From an uncultured cyanobacterium (lineage in GTDB: Bacteria > Cyanobacteriota > Cyanobacteriia > Pseudanabaenales > Pseudanabaenaceae): a DNA stretch of 64,000 bases. Shown here one piece after another: positions 1 to 9,669 of the stretch. Position 1 is the first letter of the stretch. Each line of letters opens with the position of its first letter. The stretch covers positions 2,880,001 to 2,944,000 of the forward strand of contig OY969811.1 of assembly GCA_963703315.1 (NCBI GenBank), read 5' to 3'. Under the pieces are notes generated by a model. It had not been told where the DNA came from. It saw only the letters and a program-made list of their open reading frames with translations, and ran no database searches. Position numbers and translations under genes: made by a program.

Positions 1-109
1 AAGCTGCAAATATTTTCCCCCACAGTTGCCTTGACTCAAGCTTTGGCTCAAATTTTGACTCGCTCGGTTGTCCGTCAATATTCTCTAAGATGTCTAACCC
101 TTTACTCAT
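1..109 (-). CDS. pstA: Phosphate ABC transporter permease PstA, 5' part only (runs off window)
   Basis: ATG at 109 overlaps the pstC stop (ATGAGTAA); open frame [36 protein letters not shown] to the window edge; pstS-pstC-pstA order. Confidence 0.75.
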   Translation of the reverse strand, partial: MSKGLDILENIDGQPSESKFEPKLESRQLWGKIFAA

Positions 110-1064
110 AGGTTTCTTGGAAACGTTTGCTAATTTGCTTACTGATAATGTTGAGAAGAAGCGTGATCAAAAATAGTGTCATCCCAACGGCAAAGAGGGC
201 TTGATATTCGACGCTGCCAACTCGCGAATCACCTTTGGCAACCTGTGCGATATAGGCGGTCATTGTGCCAACTGTTTGTCGGGGATCGAGTGTTAGGATT
301 GGACGCTGACCCGCCGCGATCGCCACAATCATCGTTTCGCCAACTGCCCGCGATATGCCCAAAATAATTGCCGCACAAATGCCAGACAAGGCAGCAGGAA
401 AGACAATGCTAGTTGCCACTTCTTTTTTGGTGGAACCAAGTCCATAAGCAGCTTCACGTAAGGAACTTGGGACTGCGCGCATGGCATCGGTACTAATTGA
501 GGCGATCGTGGGGATAATCATCACGCCCATAATCAAACCTGCGCTGAGAGCATTAAACCCATTTAAACCTGGAATGATTTTGGCAAGGATAGGGGTAATA
601 AAGGTCAGCGCAAAGTATCCATAAACAACGGTAGGTACGCCAGCGAGCAACTCAATTATGGGTCGCAAAAATTTACCTACTCTTGGAGATGCATATTCTG
701 ACAGATAGACGGCAGTTGCTAAGCCGAGAGGTGTTGCCACTAACATGGCAATTAGCGCTACCATCATTGTGCCGTTCACAGTGGGCCACACACAAAAACC
801 TTTGTCAGCAAACTGTGGTGTCCAGCTACAGCTATAACTACCATTTTCTAGAGTCTTACCAAATAAAAACTCACCAATACCGACTTTGCCAAAGAAACTA
901 ATTGTTTCTGATGCGAGTACATAGACGATCGCAATGGTCGTCAGTACAGAAACGAAAGCACAAAAAAGCAACGCATAGCCGATCGCACTTTCACGGATAT
1001 TGCGATCGCGGCGTTGATAAAGATCAAGATCTTCGACTGGAGGGGGAATTACAGGACTTGTCAT
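102..1064 (-). CDS. pstC: Phosphate ABC transporter permease PstC
   Basis: [15 protein letters not shown] loop (LREAAYGLG), SRAVGETM motifs; downstream of pstS. Confidence 0.95.
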   Translation of the reverse strand: MTSPVIPPPVEDLDLYQRRDRNIRESAIGYALLFCAFVSVLTTIAIVYVLASETISFFGKVGIGEFLFGKTLENGSYSCSWTPQFADKGFCVWPTVNGTMMVALIAMLVATPLGLATAVYLSEYASPRVGKFLRPIIELLAGVPTVVYGYFALTFITPILAKIIPGLNGFNALSAGLIMGVMIIPTIASISTDAMRAVPSSLREAAYGLGSTKKEVATSIVFPAALSGICAAIILGISRAVGETMIVAIAAGQRPILTLDPRQTVGTMTAYIAQVAKGDSRVGSVEYQALFAVGMTLFLITLLLNIISKQISKRFQETYE

Positions 1065-1141
1065 AAAGGTTCCTAATCAAGTACATCAAAAGTCAAAGTC
1101 CCCCATCGAATAGGAGGACTTTGCTCAAAACTAACTCAAAA

Positions 1142-2239
1142 TTACTTCAAGTCCTTTGCCAACAATTCCGCGATCGGTACGCCAGCTTCAGCACCCATAA
1201 AGGTTGTACCTGCCTTAGCCGAAGTCACACGCTCGATGATCTTAGGCAATGCGTCAGTAGGAAGTGGCACGTAACCAACTTCTTTAACAACTTTAATGTC
1301 CTTGAAGTAGTACTCAACAAAAGCCTTTACTTCAGGACGAGCAAGGGACTTCTTGTTAACGTAAATGAATAGAGGACGAGATAATGGTGTGTATTTACCA
1401 CTGTTAATATTCTCAGCAGTTGGAGCAACGCAACCCTTGCCGCCATCGACTTCAACAGCATTTAAAGTTTTGGCATTTTCTTCAAAGTAAGCAACTCCAA
1501 AGAAGCCCATTGTGCCTTTACCACCTTGCACACCCTTGATGGTGATGTTGTCATCTTCGCTAGGTTGGTAATCCTTGCGAATCACTTTTTCCTTTTTATT
1601 GATGGCTTCGGTGAAGTAGTCAAATGTACCAGAGTCAGCACCAGCACCAAACAGAGCTAGAGGCTCACTAGGGAAGTCAGGACGCACTTGATTCCAGTTG
1701 GTGATCTTACCTTCTGACTCAGGACTCCAAATTGTGTTGAGTTCCTTGGTAGTCAAGCACTTTGCCCAAGTGTTTTCTTTGTTAACAACTACAGTCAAAC
1801 CATCAATAGCAACGGGCAACTCGATAAATTCGACCCCTGCTTTCTTACAATCTTCGGCTTCTTTCGACTTGATTGGACGAGATGCATTGGAAATGTCAGT
1901 ATCTCCAGAACAGAATTTCTTAAAGCCGCCGCCAGTACCACTTGTACCGACAGGAACTTTTACGCCAGGGTTAGATTTTGCGAAGTCTTCAGCAACAGCC
2001 TTACTGATTGGGGCAACTGTGCTAGAACCATCAATAGTGATATTTCCTGATAGATTTGATGGAGCCTTAGCTGGTTCCTTAGCAGGATCTTTCATCGCTG
2101 TTGTCGCTGCGGGGCTAGTTGCACCAGTTGTAGTAGGTTTGGTGTCGCTACCGCCGCTACAGGATGCTAGTGTTGCAGCTAGTGTAACACCTGCTACAAA
2201 AGTGACGACACTACGATTGATACTCTTTTTGGACATCAT
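1142..2239 (-). CDS. pstS: Phosphate-binding lipoprotein PstS/SphX type
   Basis: Lipobox LASC; DGSSTV, GTGGGFKKFC, DSGTFDYF, YTPLSRPLFIYV motifs. Confidence 0.93.
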   Translation of the reverse strand: MMSKKSINRSVVTFVAGVTLAATLASCSGGSDTKPTTTGATSPAATTAMKDPAKEPAKAPSNLSGNITIDGSSTVAPISKAVAEDFAKSNPGVKVPVGTSGTGGGFKKFCSGDTDISNASRPIKSKEAEDCKKAGVEFIELPVAIDGLTVVVNKENTWAKCLTTKELNTIWSPESEGKITNWNQVRPDFPSEPLALFGAGADSGTFDYFTEAINKKEKVIRKDYQPSEDDNITIKGVQGGKGTMGFFGVAYFEENAKTLNAVEVDGGKGCVAPTAENINSGKYTPLSRPLFIYVNKKSLARPEVKAFVEYYFKDIKVVKEVGYVPLPTDALPKIIERVTSAKAGTTFMGAEAGVPIAELLAKDLK

Positions 2240-2326
2240 AGGAAATCTGGTTGGGACTAAATCTGTTACGGTTGACTAGGCATTTAAACTAGATAAGATT
2301 GATACTAAACTGCATCCGTCAACACA

Positions 2327-2356
2327 AGGTTAAGAACTGTTAAAGATGCAGTTAAG
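2327..2356 (-). promoter_or_regulatory. Probable cyanobacterial Pho box (SphR site) upstream of pstS
   Basis: Minus strand CTTAACTG-catc-TTTAACAG-tt-CTTAACCT: three PyTTAAPy units spanning 22 nt, about 90 nt upstream of pstS. Confidence 0.65.
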
Positions 2357-2399
2357 TTTGAGTTGACTATGGAACTTTTTGTTAGGTATTAGTGACAAG

Positions 2400-3302
2400 C
2401 TAGCCCGAAAAAATTCTTAACAGAATAGAGTTGACCAATTCAGGAGCTTCATCTTGTGGACAATGCCCAGCATTCGGTAAGTCAATAAATTCCTTAACGC
2501 AAGCAAAATCAGTAAAAGACTTACGACCTAATTCTATTGGTTCCCAAGGATCACGATCGCCCCACAACACGATCGCCTCACAGGGTAAAATCGCTAACAA
2601 ATCTTCAGGTCTTGGTCCTTGTGAGTAACGCACAAAAGCCATAAATACATCAACAGCATTAGGGTTTTGAGCAGGCTTAATTAATATTTCAATTAACTCA
2701 TCGGTGATTGCGTCTTTGTTCACATAAGCCTGCGAAAGAATCTGTTTTACTGATTGCGGTTGCCGCACTTGATCAAAAAACAATTTAGCGATCGCCCGAT
2801 TGCCCAAAATACTTTGCACAAATCCTACGCCTACACGCTTAAACCAAGGCATAGCCAACTGGTTTTGTTCTTGTAATAAACGTAACGAGCAGTTAATTAA
2901 TACTGTTTTAATAACTAGATCAGGTGCATAAATCGCCGCTTGCATGGCTACCACTGCACCGATGGAATTGCCAACGAGCATAGCGCGATCGCCCACCACC
3001 TCGCGTACAAAGTCCGCCACCTGTTGCCCCCAAGTCTCGAAAGTGTAGGCTAGCTCGCTAGGCTTTGGCTGAGCCGAAGAACCAAAACCAATCAGATCGA
3101 TCGCATAAACCCTAGTAGTCTCAGCTAAAACTGGCAGATTCTTCCGCCAATGCCCTACTGAAGCACCGAAACCGTGAATTAAGACAATCGCAGGTTTACC
3201 TTTTGTTAAGCTTTCAGACTCTAACCCATCGGCACAATAACCAATGTCATAGCCACGCCATTTCCAGACGCGATCGGCAAATTTACGATATGCAAGAACC
3301 AT
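2400..3302 (-). CDS. Alpha/beta hydrolase
   Basis: HGFGAS, nucleophile elbow GNSIG, GHCPQDE. Confidence 0.9.
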   Translation of the reverse strand: MVLAYRKFADRVWKWRGYDIGYCADGLESESLTKGKPAIVLIHGFGASVGHWRKNLPVLAETTRVYAIDLIGFGSSAQPKPSELAYTFETWGQQVADFVREVVGDRAMLVGNSIGAVVAMQAAIYAPDLVIKTVLINCSLRLLQEQNQLAMPWFKRVGVGFVQSILGNRAIAKLFFDQVRQPQSVKQILSQAYVNKDAITDELIEILIKPAQNPNAVDVFMAFVRYSQGPRPEDLLAILPCEAIVLWGDRDPWEPIELGRKSFTDFACVKEFIDLPNAGHCPQDEAPELVNSILLRIFSG

Positions 3303-3696
3303 GAAAATAACTTAAATTATAAATTTAGATATAAGAAGCTGTGAAGCACGCGCAGCCTACTTCACAGCTTCTTATCTACTCGGATACTGCGAAGTGTCAT
3401 GATCCGCCGCAAAGGTAAACTTATATGAAGCAAGTAGAACTAGCTAATTTCGCCTATCCTATCATTGACTAGAGGTTAGACTCTCGTAATTATATTTAGC
3501 TTATTTAGCCCCGAACTCATTGTATTGTGGTGTTTATATTGACATAGACAATTTAAAAACTACAAAGCAAATACAAATACGAGTTCTACGGTTTTCAGGT
3601 TATGACTAATAGCTTGGAAATTTTCGTAAATTTGGAAATAAGTATTTTTAGAACTTTTCGATAGTACTTTTCAATAATTTAATTGGAGATTTAAAC

Positions 3697-4452
3697 GTGG
3701 CTCTTCCCTTATTAGAATACGCCCCAACATCGCGAAACACTCGCGTCACTGGTTTTACAGTCGGTGGTAATAACACCCCTCATATTTACACTACCAACAA
3801 TGGTCTGTCGAAAACAGAACTAGACGATTTAATTGAAGCTGCCTATCGTCAGCTTTTCTTCCATGCTTTTGCAGTAGATCGCGAAGTCACATTGGAATCC
3901 CAACTTCGTTCTGGCAACCTCACTGTCAGACAGTTTGTGCGGGGTCTCGTGCTTTCCAACACCTATAGAAGAAGTTTTTACGAAAAGAACAGCAACTATC
4001 GTTTTGTAGAGCAAACTGTACAGCGTGTTCTCGGTCGTGATGTTTATAGCGAACGCGAAAAAATTGCTTGGTCAGCCGTAGTTATGACTAGGGGCATTGA
4101 AGGCTTCATTGATGATCTAATCAATAGTGATGAGTACCTTGATGCATTTGGTGATGACACCTTACCTTACCAACGTCGTCGTGTGCTACCTAGCCAAGCT
4201 ATTGGTGAAGTGCCTTTCAACATCAAGTCTCCTCGCTATGATGCTTACCACCGCGCACAATTGGGCTTCCCACAACTCATTTGGCAAAACAATGTTCGTG
4301 GCTATACTCCAGCCGACAGACAACCAAGAGCAGGCGATCCAGCTTTGTTCTTGAACTTGGCTCGTAGCCTCAATGCACCGCCTGCTGCACCAAGAATCAT
4401 CTCCGCGCAGAATCTTGATTACAACAACTTGGTTCCTTACCGTAAGCGCTAA
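3697..4452 (+). CDS. cpcG: Phycobilisome rod-core linker polypeptide CpcG
   Basis: [10 protein letters not shown] start, [35 protein letters not shown] start with GGAG; hydrophilic C-terminus (not CpcL-type). Confidence 0.93.
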   Translation: MALPLLEYAPTSRNTRVTGFTVGGNNTPHIYTTNNGLSKTELDDLIEAAYRQLFFHAFAVDREVTLESQLRSGNLTVRQFVRGLVLSNTYRRSFYEKNSNYRFVEQTVQRVLGRDVYSEREKIAWSAVVMTRGIEGFIDDLINSDEYLDAFGDDTLPYQRRRVLPSQAIGEVPFNIKSPRYDAYHRAQLGFPQLIWQNNVRGYTPADRQPRAGDPALFLNLARSLNAPPAAPRIISAQNLDYNNLVPYRKR

Positions 4453-4488
4453 ATATAGCTAAATATAACTGTCCTTAGTGACGTTAAT

Positions 4489-4523
4489 AACAAAAAGGCG
4501 GCGCAATGCGCTGCCTTTTTGTT
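4489..4523 (+). terminator. Stem-loop/intrinsic terminator after cpcG
   Basis: aacaaaaaggcggcgc-aat-gcgctgcctttttgtt. Confidence 0.7.
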
Positions 4524-4613
4524 GTGAGATATTTCCATAAACATCAAGATTTGTGTCAATATTAGTTAGGTTTTAAATTTTCTTATTTTTATCTTTTTAT
4601 TAGCTTTTGATTC

Positions 4614-5135
4614 ATGGATATTCATCAATTTCTCGAACTATTTGTCGGTCGTTGGCGATCGCAACGCAGCGATCATCAATTTAGCAAGGGAAATGGTAGT
4701 GACAGTCGCTCTGTGCTTGAGATTACTAGACTAGGTTTTGATGATCCAGACCTAATTTCTATTTGCCAAAAACATAATATTGCGCCCGACCAAACGATCA
4801 ACCCAATGCGGATATCTTGGGAAGAGGAATCCTTAAGCAGTAAAAAACCTAATGGCAGTAACTTGTTTGTACCCGTGCCTAATGATAATAATGCACTACA
4901 CAAGGGATTAATTTTAGGGAATCAAAGTAAAGGGATTTACGAGCTTGGTTTAGATGAGGCAATGACGATTCAGACCAGAACTGCACAGGGTGAGATCGTA
5001 GAACGCATTTGGTACGGCAATCCTAACTTAAGATTTCGCGTAGCAACTTTGATCACAGGGGCGCATGATGGTGACAAGCTGGTGCAATCCTCCAAGTTTT
5101 ATTCTGAAATTCGTATGGCTCCCCCAAAGGCATAA
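4614..5135 (+). CDS. Phycobiliprotein lyase, CpcS/CpeS family
   Basis: MDIxxF..GRWRSQRS N-terminus, ERIWYGNPNLRFR, FYSEIR; next to cpcG. Confidence 0.85.
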   Translation: MDIHQFLELFVGRWRSQRSDHQFSKGNGSDSRSVLEITRLGFDDPDLISICQKHNIAPDQTINPMRISWEEESLSSKKPNGSNLFVPVPNDNNALHKGLILGNQSKGIYELGLDEAMTIQTRTAQGEIVERIWYGNPNLRFRVATLITGAHDGDKLVQSSKFYSEIRMAPPKA

Positions 5136-5182
5136 AAAAGCAGAGTCAGCGCTAGGCGCTGACTCTGCTTTTTTATGCCTTT
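5126..5182. repeat. Perfect 27-bp-arm hairpin overlapping the lyase stop codon
   Basis: aaaggcataaaaaagcagagtcagcgc-tag-gcgctgactctgcttttttatgccttt. Confidence 0.9.
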
Positions 5183-5434
5183 AAGAAATGTGATACCAGT
5201 GTCCAAACCTCCAAGCCGATAAAACCTGCTAAAAAGATAAAAATTGCAATATTTAAGCCAGTCTTAATTTTTTCCATATAGTTATCGATAGGTTCTGTAG
5301 ATCGATTAGGGTGATTAATCTATTTAAGATTGTCATATTTTGATGAATTAGGTGCTTAAATAAACCAAATAATTTTGACTAGAAAAAACATCACTTGATC
5401 TAGTTGAGTTAAACTTAACCGTTATTACATTCAA

Positions 5435-6622
5435 GTGTGGGGATGTACTGTTGTGAATTGGTTCAAAAGGTTTAGTATTCTTGGCACTGTGGCGATCGCA
5501 TCGTTGGCGATCGCGCAATCGGCTTCGGCACGTTTTGTAATTTTTGTATCAGGTAATGATGCAGCAACATTACAGCGAGTTCGTACTGTCTCACCCTCTG
5601 CTTTTGCAACCCAAATAAATGGTCAACCTGTAGTTCAAGCAGGCATCTTTAACTCAGAGACTAGTGCTGATAGCCTTGCAATCACTCTGCAACAATCAGG
5701 GCTATCAGCACAAAAGTATTTTCAAGCATCAGGCGGCAAGGAAACTAATGTCCAAGTACCTTTTGTGGACACGACCAGTTCTCCTGTGGTCAATACTTCT
5801 GTTGCCAGTTCTCCTGTGGTAAGTGTGGCTAATCCGCAACAGGTTGTCATCCAACAAAATCCCATCGCCCAATCTCAACCCGTCAGTTTTCAAACAGAAC
5901 CGCAAACACAGTTTATTAGCTCTGTACCTCAACAGGCGATCGCCTATGACAATAACCAATATCAACAGATCACAACTAGTGCTGTTGTCCCTCAGGTACA
6001 AACTCAGCAAGTACTAGTACCACGCTGGCAACAGGTCTTAGTTCCAGAGACTCGGCAAGTTGTGACGCAGACTGTTGTACCACAGACGCAAATTGTCCAA
6101 ACTGGCAGCTATACACAGGGTTATGTGCAGCAACCAATCGCCTATAACCAAGCAGCCTCTACTTCTGCATATATACAACCGTCAGTACAGACGACAACAG
6201 GCTATACCCAAGCAACGGGTTCGCAAGTAACAAATTATGTACAGCCCCAGACAGGTTTTATCCCTGCGACTTCGGTAGTAACCACCCCAAGCACCTACAA
6301 TAGTTCGCTGGCAGCAACTAATAGTGTTGTCATCCAGCCCCAGCCAACTTCTACAGCATATAGTAGTGCTAGCAGCAGCGAACCACAGCTACCTCAAGCT
6401 GCTCAGAATTCTAACTTCCGTTATGTAGCAGCCGTACCTTCGGCTGCCAACAATCCCTTCTTGCTATCACGAGTGCGTCAATACGTTCCTAGAGCCTTTC
6501 TATCAAGTTCGGGGCGTGGTACTTACATTCATGCAGGTGCTTACCAAAATCGTGATTCCGCAGAAGCTGTATCTCGGTATCTGCGATCGCAAGGTGTTGA
6601 CTCACGAGTTCTGTATTTTTAG
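5435..6622 (+). CDS. Secreted protein with two SPOR-like domains and a Q/T/V-rich linker (start more likely GTG 5453)
   Basis: Signal peptide ending ASA; N-terminal VQAGIFNSETSA and C-terminal IHAGAYQNRDSAEA segments resemble SPOR repeats. Confidence 0.6.
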   Translation: MWGCTVVNWFKRFSILGTVAIASLAIAQSASARFVIFVSGNDAATLQRVRTVSPSAFATQINGQPVVQAGIFNSETSADSLAITLQQSGLSAQKYFQASGGKETNVQVPFVDTTSSPVVNTSVASSPVVSVANPQQVVIQQNPIAQSQPVSFQTEPQTQFISSVPQQAIAYDNNQYQQITTSAVVPQVQTQQVLVPRWQQVLVPETRQVVTQTVVPQTQIVQTGSYTQGYVQQPIAYNQAASTSAYIQPSVQTTTGYTQATGSQVTNYVQPQTGFIPATSVVTTPSTYNSSLAATNSVVIQPQPTSTAYSSASSSEPQLPQAAQNSNFRYVAAVPSAANNPFLLSRVRQYVPRAFLSSSGRGTYIHAGAYQNRDSAEAVSRYLRSQGVDSRVLYF

Positions 6623-6624
6623 AT

Positions 6625-7527
6625 ATGACTGAAAATAGCACTGCAAATAATCCCGATCCCAAACCACGCCCAATTCGTCACTTTAAGTGGCTGGAACCGC
6701 TTACTTTACTTTTACCAAGTGGTTTCTGGTTAACGACATTTCTGATTGTTCCGACAGTCTTGATTTTAATTCAGAGCCTCGTACCCCTTGGCAAAACTGA
6801 GTTTGGTCTAGCCAACTACCAAAGAGTATTTGAATACGTTGGTGGCAACTTTATTTATTTAGTCGTTGTATGGCGATCGCTGCTTTACGCCATGATCACA
6901 ACGGGATGTTGTCTATTGTTAGGATTTCCCGTTGCTTATTGGTTAGCAGTGATCGCCCCTAAACGGTGGAACAATATTTTATTGCTGCTATTTGTCTTAC
7001 CTCTATGGACTTCATCTCTGTTGAGATCCTATGCATGGATTACCATTTTGCGCCCCACAGGGGTTTTAAATAGTTTTCTAAATTTCATTGGTCTGTCGGG
7101 GATCAATGTCTTGAACAAAGCCGAGGGTGTGATTATTGGCATGGTTTATACCTATCTGCCCTATATGGTGTTAGTCCTCTATACGTCGCTCGAACGTCTG
7201 GATTTACGTTTGCTAGAGGCGGCGGCGGATCTCGGCGCAAATGCTAGACAAACCTTTTGGCAAATTACAGTACCGCAGGTGTCGTCAGGAATTATTGCAG
7301 GATCGGCATTGGTATCAATTACTAGTTTTAGCGATTATATTAATCCCCAATTACTCGGTGGACCTGGTAGCCGCACGATCGCTTCAATTATTGAGTTACA
7401 GTTTTTGGGCGCAAGCAGTAATCGCGGCTTTGGTTCGGCTCTCAGCATGGTGCTAATTCTTGCCGTGACGATCGTGATTGCTTTGCTGCTGAAATATGGC
7501 GATCGCAGGGTGGTAAGTGATGGCTAA
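6625..7527 (+). CDS. potB: Polyamine ABC transporter permease PotB-like
   Basis: LPLWTSSLLRSYAW, YLPYMVL, LLEAAADLGA. Confidence 0.85.
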   Translation: MTENSTANNPDPKPRPIRHFKWLEPLTLLLPSGFWLTTFLIVPTVLILIQSLVPLGKTEFGLANYQRVFEYVGGNFIYLVVVWRSLLYAMITTGCCLLLGFPVAYWLAVIAPKRWNNILLLLFVLPLWTSSLLRSYAWITILRPTGVLNSFLNFIGLSGINVLNKAEGVIIGMVYTYLPYMVLVLYTSLERLDLRLLEAAADLGANARQTFWQITVPQVSSGIIAGSALVSITSFSDYINPQLLGGPGSRTIASIIELQFLGASSNRGFGSALSMVLILAVTIVIALLLKYGDRRVVSDG

Positions 7528-8323
7528 TGAAATCAATGTTCCGCCCATCAAGCGTTGGCAAACTTGGTATACGGTGCTTGCATTTTTCTATATGTACTTG
7601 CCGATCGCCGTTCTCACGATTTTTAGCTTTAATCAATCGCCATCGCCATCACGCTGGACTGGTTTCACTTGGCAATGGTATGCCAAGTTTTTGCAAAATC
7701 CTACGTTACTAACAGCATTACAACATAGCCTTAGCGTGGCATTCGCTGCCGTCTCAGTTTCAGCAGTACTAGGGACACTTACAGCAGTCGGTTTAGCTCG
7801 ATATTATTTCCCCGGCAAAAGTTTATATCGTGGCGTTACCTATTTACCTTTGATCATTCCTGATATTGCGATCGCGGTGGCAACCCTCGTATTTTTTGCA
7901 GCGATTAATCTTCCACTTAGTCTTGGCACAATCGTCATTGCCCATATAGTTTTTTGCCTAGCCTATGTTGCCGTAATTGTTTCTAGTCGCCTTGCTAATA
8001 TTGATCCCAAGCTCGAAGAAGCAGCCCTTGATCTAGGTGCTACACCTGTACAGGCTTTTTTACGAGTATTACTGCCCCAGCTTTTACCAGGGATTGTGTC
8101 AGGTTGTCTCTTAGCCTTCATTCTCAGCATGGATGATTTCGTAATTGCTTATTTCACCGCAGGCGTTGGCTCCACCACATTACCGATCGCGATTTTCTCG
8201 TCATTACGCAGTGGTGGTGTCACCCCTGAATTAAATGCCCTCAGCGTTTTACTGATTTTGGCATCGGCATCAATGGCAGCGATCGCGGAAGCGGTGAGAA
8301 GTTGGGGCAATCATGATTCATGA
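7517..8323 (+). CDS. potC: Polyamine ABC transporter permease PotC-like
   Basis: YLPIAVLTIFSFN, WTGFTWQWY, LEEAALDLGA, SMDDFVI; overlaps potB. Confidence 0.88.
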   Translation: MMANEINVPPIKRWQTWYTVLAFFYMYLPIAVLTIFSFNQSPSPSRWTGFTWQWYAKFLQNPTLLTALQHSLSVAFAAVSVSAVLGTLTAVGLARYYFPGKSLYRGVTYLPLIIPDIAIAVATLVFFAAINLPLSLGTIVIAHIVFCLAYVAVIVSSRLANIDPKLEEAALDLGATPVQAFLRVLLPQLLPGIVSGCLLAFILSMDDFVIAYFTAGVGSTTLPIAIFSSLRSGGVTPELNALSVLLILASASMAAIAEAVRSWGNHDS

Positions 8324-8376
8324 AACCAAAAAGAGAGTAGCGGCGCTTCGCGCCGCTACTCTCTTTTTGGTTTCAT
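8320..8376. repeat. Perfect 27-bp-arm hairpin overlapping the potC stop
   Basis: atgaaaccaaaaagagagtagcggcgc-ttc-gcgccgctactctctttttggtttcat. Confidence 0.9.
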
Positions 8377-8702
8377 TTGGCTATACATCATATTTTCTCT
8401 ATCATGATTTCCTATATTTAGGATGATCATTATTAATTAAGTGATATAAAAATAAGAGATAAAACAACTTTAAAAAAAGCTTAAAACAAATGCTAGTTTC
8501 GACTAGTTAAAGCATATCAAAATCAAATAAATTTAGGCTTATAATTAAGCAATTTATTGTATATACGATGCCTACAAGACATGGTTATACAAGGTTTTTT
8601 GACAAATTAATAGCAAAAAATTGTTGGTTTTCCTAACATCGGTTAAAAACCTGTGGTATATTACATCTGGCAAAGCTAATCAAAGCTAAAGAATGACTCC
8701 CC

Positions 8703-9146
8703 ATGAGTGAGAAGCCTTTAAAGCTGCGAATCTCTATTCCACCCGTTGAGGGAATCGAGGACATTCCCATCGCAGCAGTCGAAGTACTCGCTACAAAAAT
8801 GGGGTTTAGTCCTGATGCTGTGCAAGATATCGTACAAGCTCTTACGGAAGCTTTAGTTAATGCGGTTCTTTACACTACATCTGATCTTGACGTGGAAGTT
8901 GTAGTTTTCGCGGCACATAACAGCCTAATTGTAGAAGTCCACGATCGTGGATCAGGTTTTGATGTTGATAGTGTCCCACCGCCCGATTTTGATTTGATAT
9001 CCGAGGTTGGTGTCAAAAATGGCGGTTTTGGTATACACATGATCAAATCTCTGGTTGATAAGGTCGAACTCGAATCTACCAATCAAGGCACAACTGTCCG
9101 TATGAGTAAGTTTCTGTCTATCCCCAAACCCATTCTCCAATCATGA
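8703..9146 (+). CDS. RsbW/SpoIIAB-like anti-sigma factor / Ser kinase (HATPase_c_2)
   Basis: ALTEALVNAV (N box), DRGSGFD (G1), GGFGIHMIKSLVD (G2), GTTVRM. Confidence 0.88.
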   Translation: MSEKPLKLRISIPPVEGIEDIPIAAVEVLATKMGFSPDAVQDIVQALTEALVNAVLYTTSDLDVEVVVFAAHNSLIVEVHDRGSGFDVDSVPPPDFDLISEVGVKNGGFGIHMIKSLVDKVELESTNQGTTVRMSKFLSIPKPILQS

Positions 9147-9493
9147 CTCATTCCTCATTTTTACAAGATGAACTCAAGATCGTCGAACAAATTGATGGCG
9201 ATCAGGTTATTCTCAAGCTGAATGGTGCTTTGAGTGTAACTACAGTTCCATACTTTAGACAAGCCGTACAACCATTTATTGATCAGAAATTAACGGCGAT
9301 TGTACTAGATTTTGAGGGAGTGACCAAAATCGTCAGTAGAGGTGTAGGTGCAGCAATCGATATGGCAGTGCAAGCCAAAAAGCAAGGTGGCAAGCTACGC
9401 TTAGAGAATGTTGGTAAATACGGTCGCTCTCTATATATTCAAGGTGTACATTTAGTCGCTGAAGTACCTGAGTTAGAAGGCTTTGAGCCATAA
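9143..9493 (+). CDS. STAS-domain anti-sigma factor antagonist (RsbV/SpoIIAA-like)
   Basis: ILKLNGAL, IVLDFEGVTKIVSRGVG, GGKLRL; ATGA overlap with the kinase gene. Confidence 0.82.
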   Translation: MTHSSFLQDELKIVEQIDGDQVILKLNGALSVTTVPYFRQAVQPFIDQKLTAIVLDFEGVTKIVSRGVGAAIDMAVQAKKQGGKLRLENVGKYGRSLYIQGVHLVAEVPELEGFEP

Positions 9494-9550
9494 AAGCCAA
9501 TAAATTTATAAGCAGTGCAAAGCACTGCTTATAAATTTATTGGCTTTTAT
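9490..9550. repeat. Perfect 29-bp-arm hairpin overlapping the STAS gene stop
   Basis: ataaaagccaataaatttataagcagtgc-aaa-gcactgcttataaatttattggcttttat. Confidence 0.9.
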
Positions 9551-9564
9551 TTTAGGAAATAAAT

Positions 9565-9669
9565 ATGAAAATCGTTAGCCGTAAATCGTTAGGTGTGCAA
9601 TCTGTTTTTGACATCGGCTTAGAAGGCGATCATAATTTTTTACTAGATAAGGGTTATATTGCCTCAAAT
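9565..9669 (+). other. Split intein C-fragment (35 aa)
   Basis: MKIVSRKSLGVQSVFDIGLEGDHNFLLDKGYIASN followed by CFN extein. Confidence 0.95.

Noticed and set aside
1698..2279. 193-aa ORF opposite pstS, and similar ORFs opposite groEL, clpC, aspS and mfd
   Set aside because: Antisense shadows of conserved, codon-biased genes
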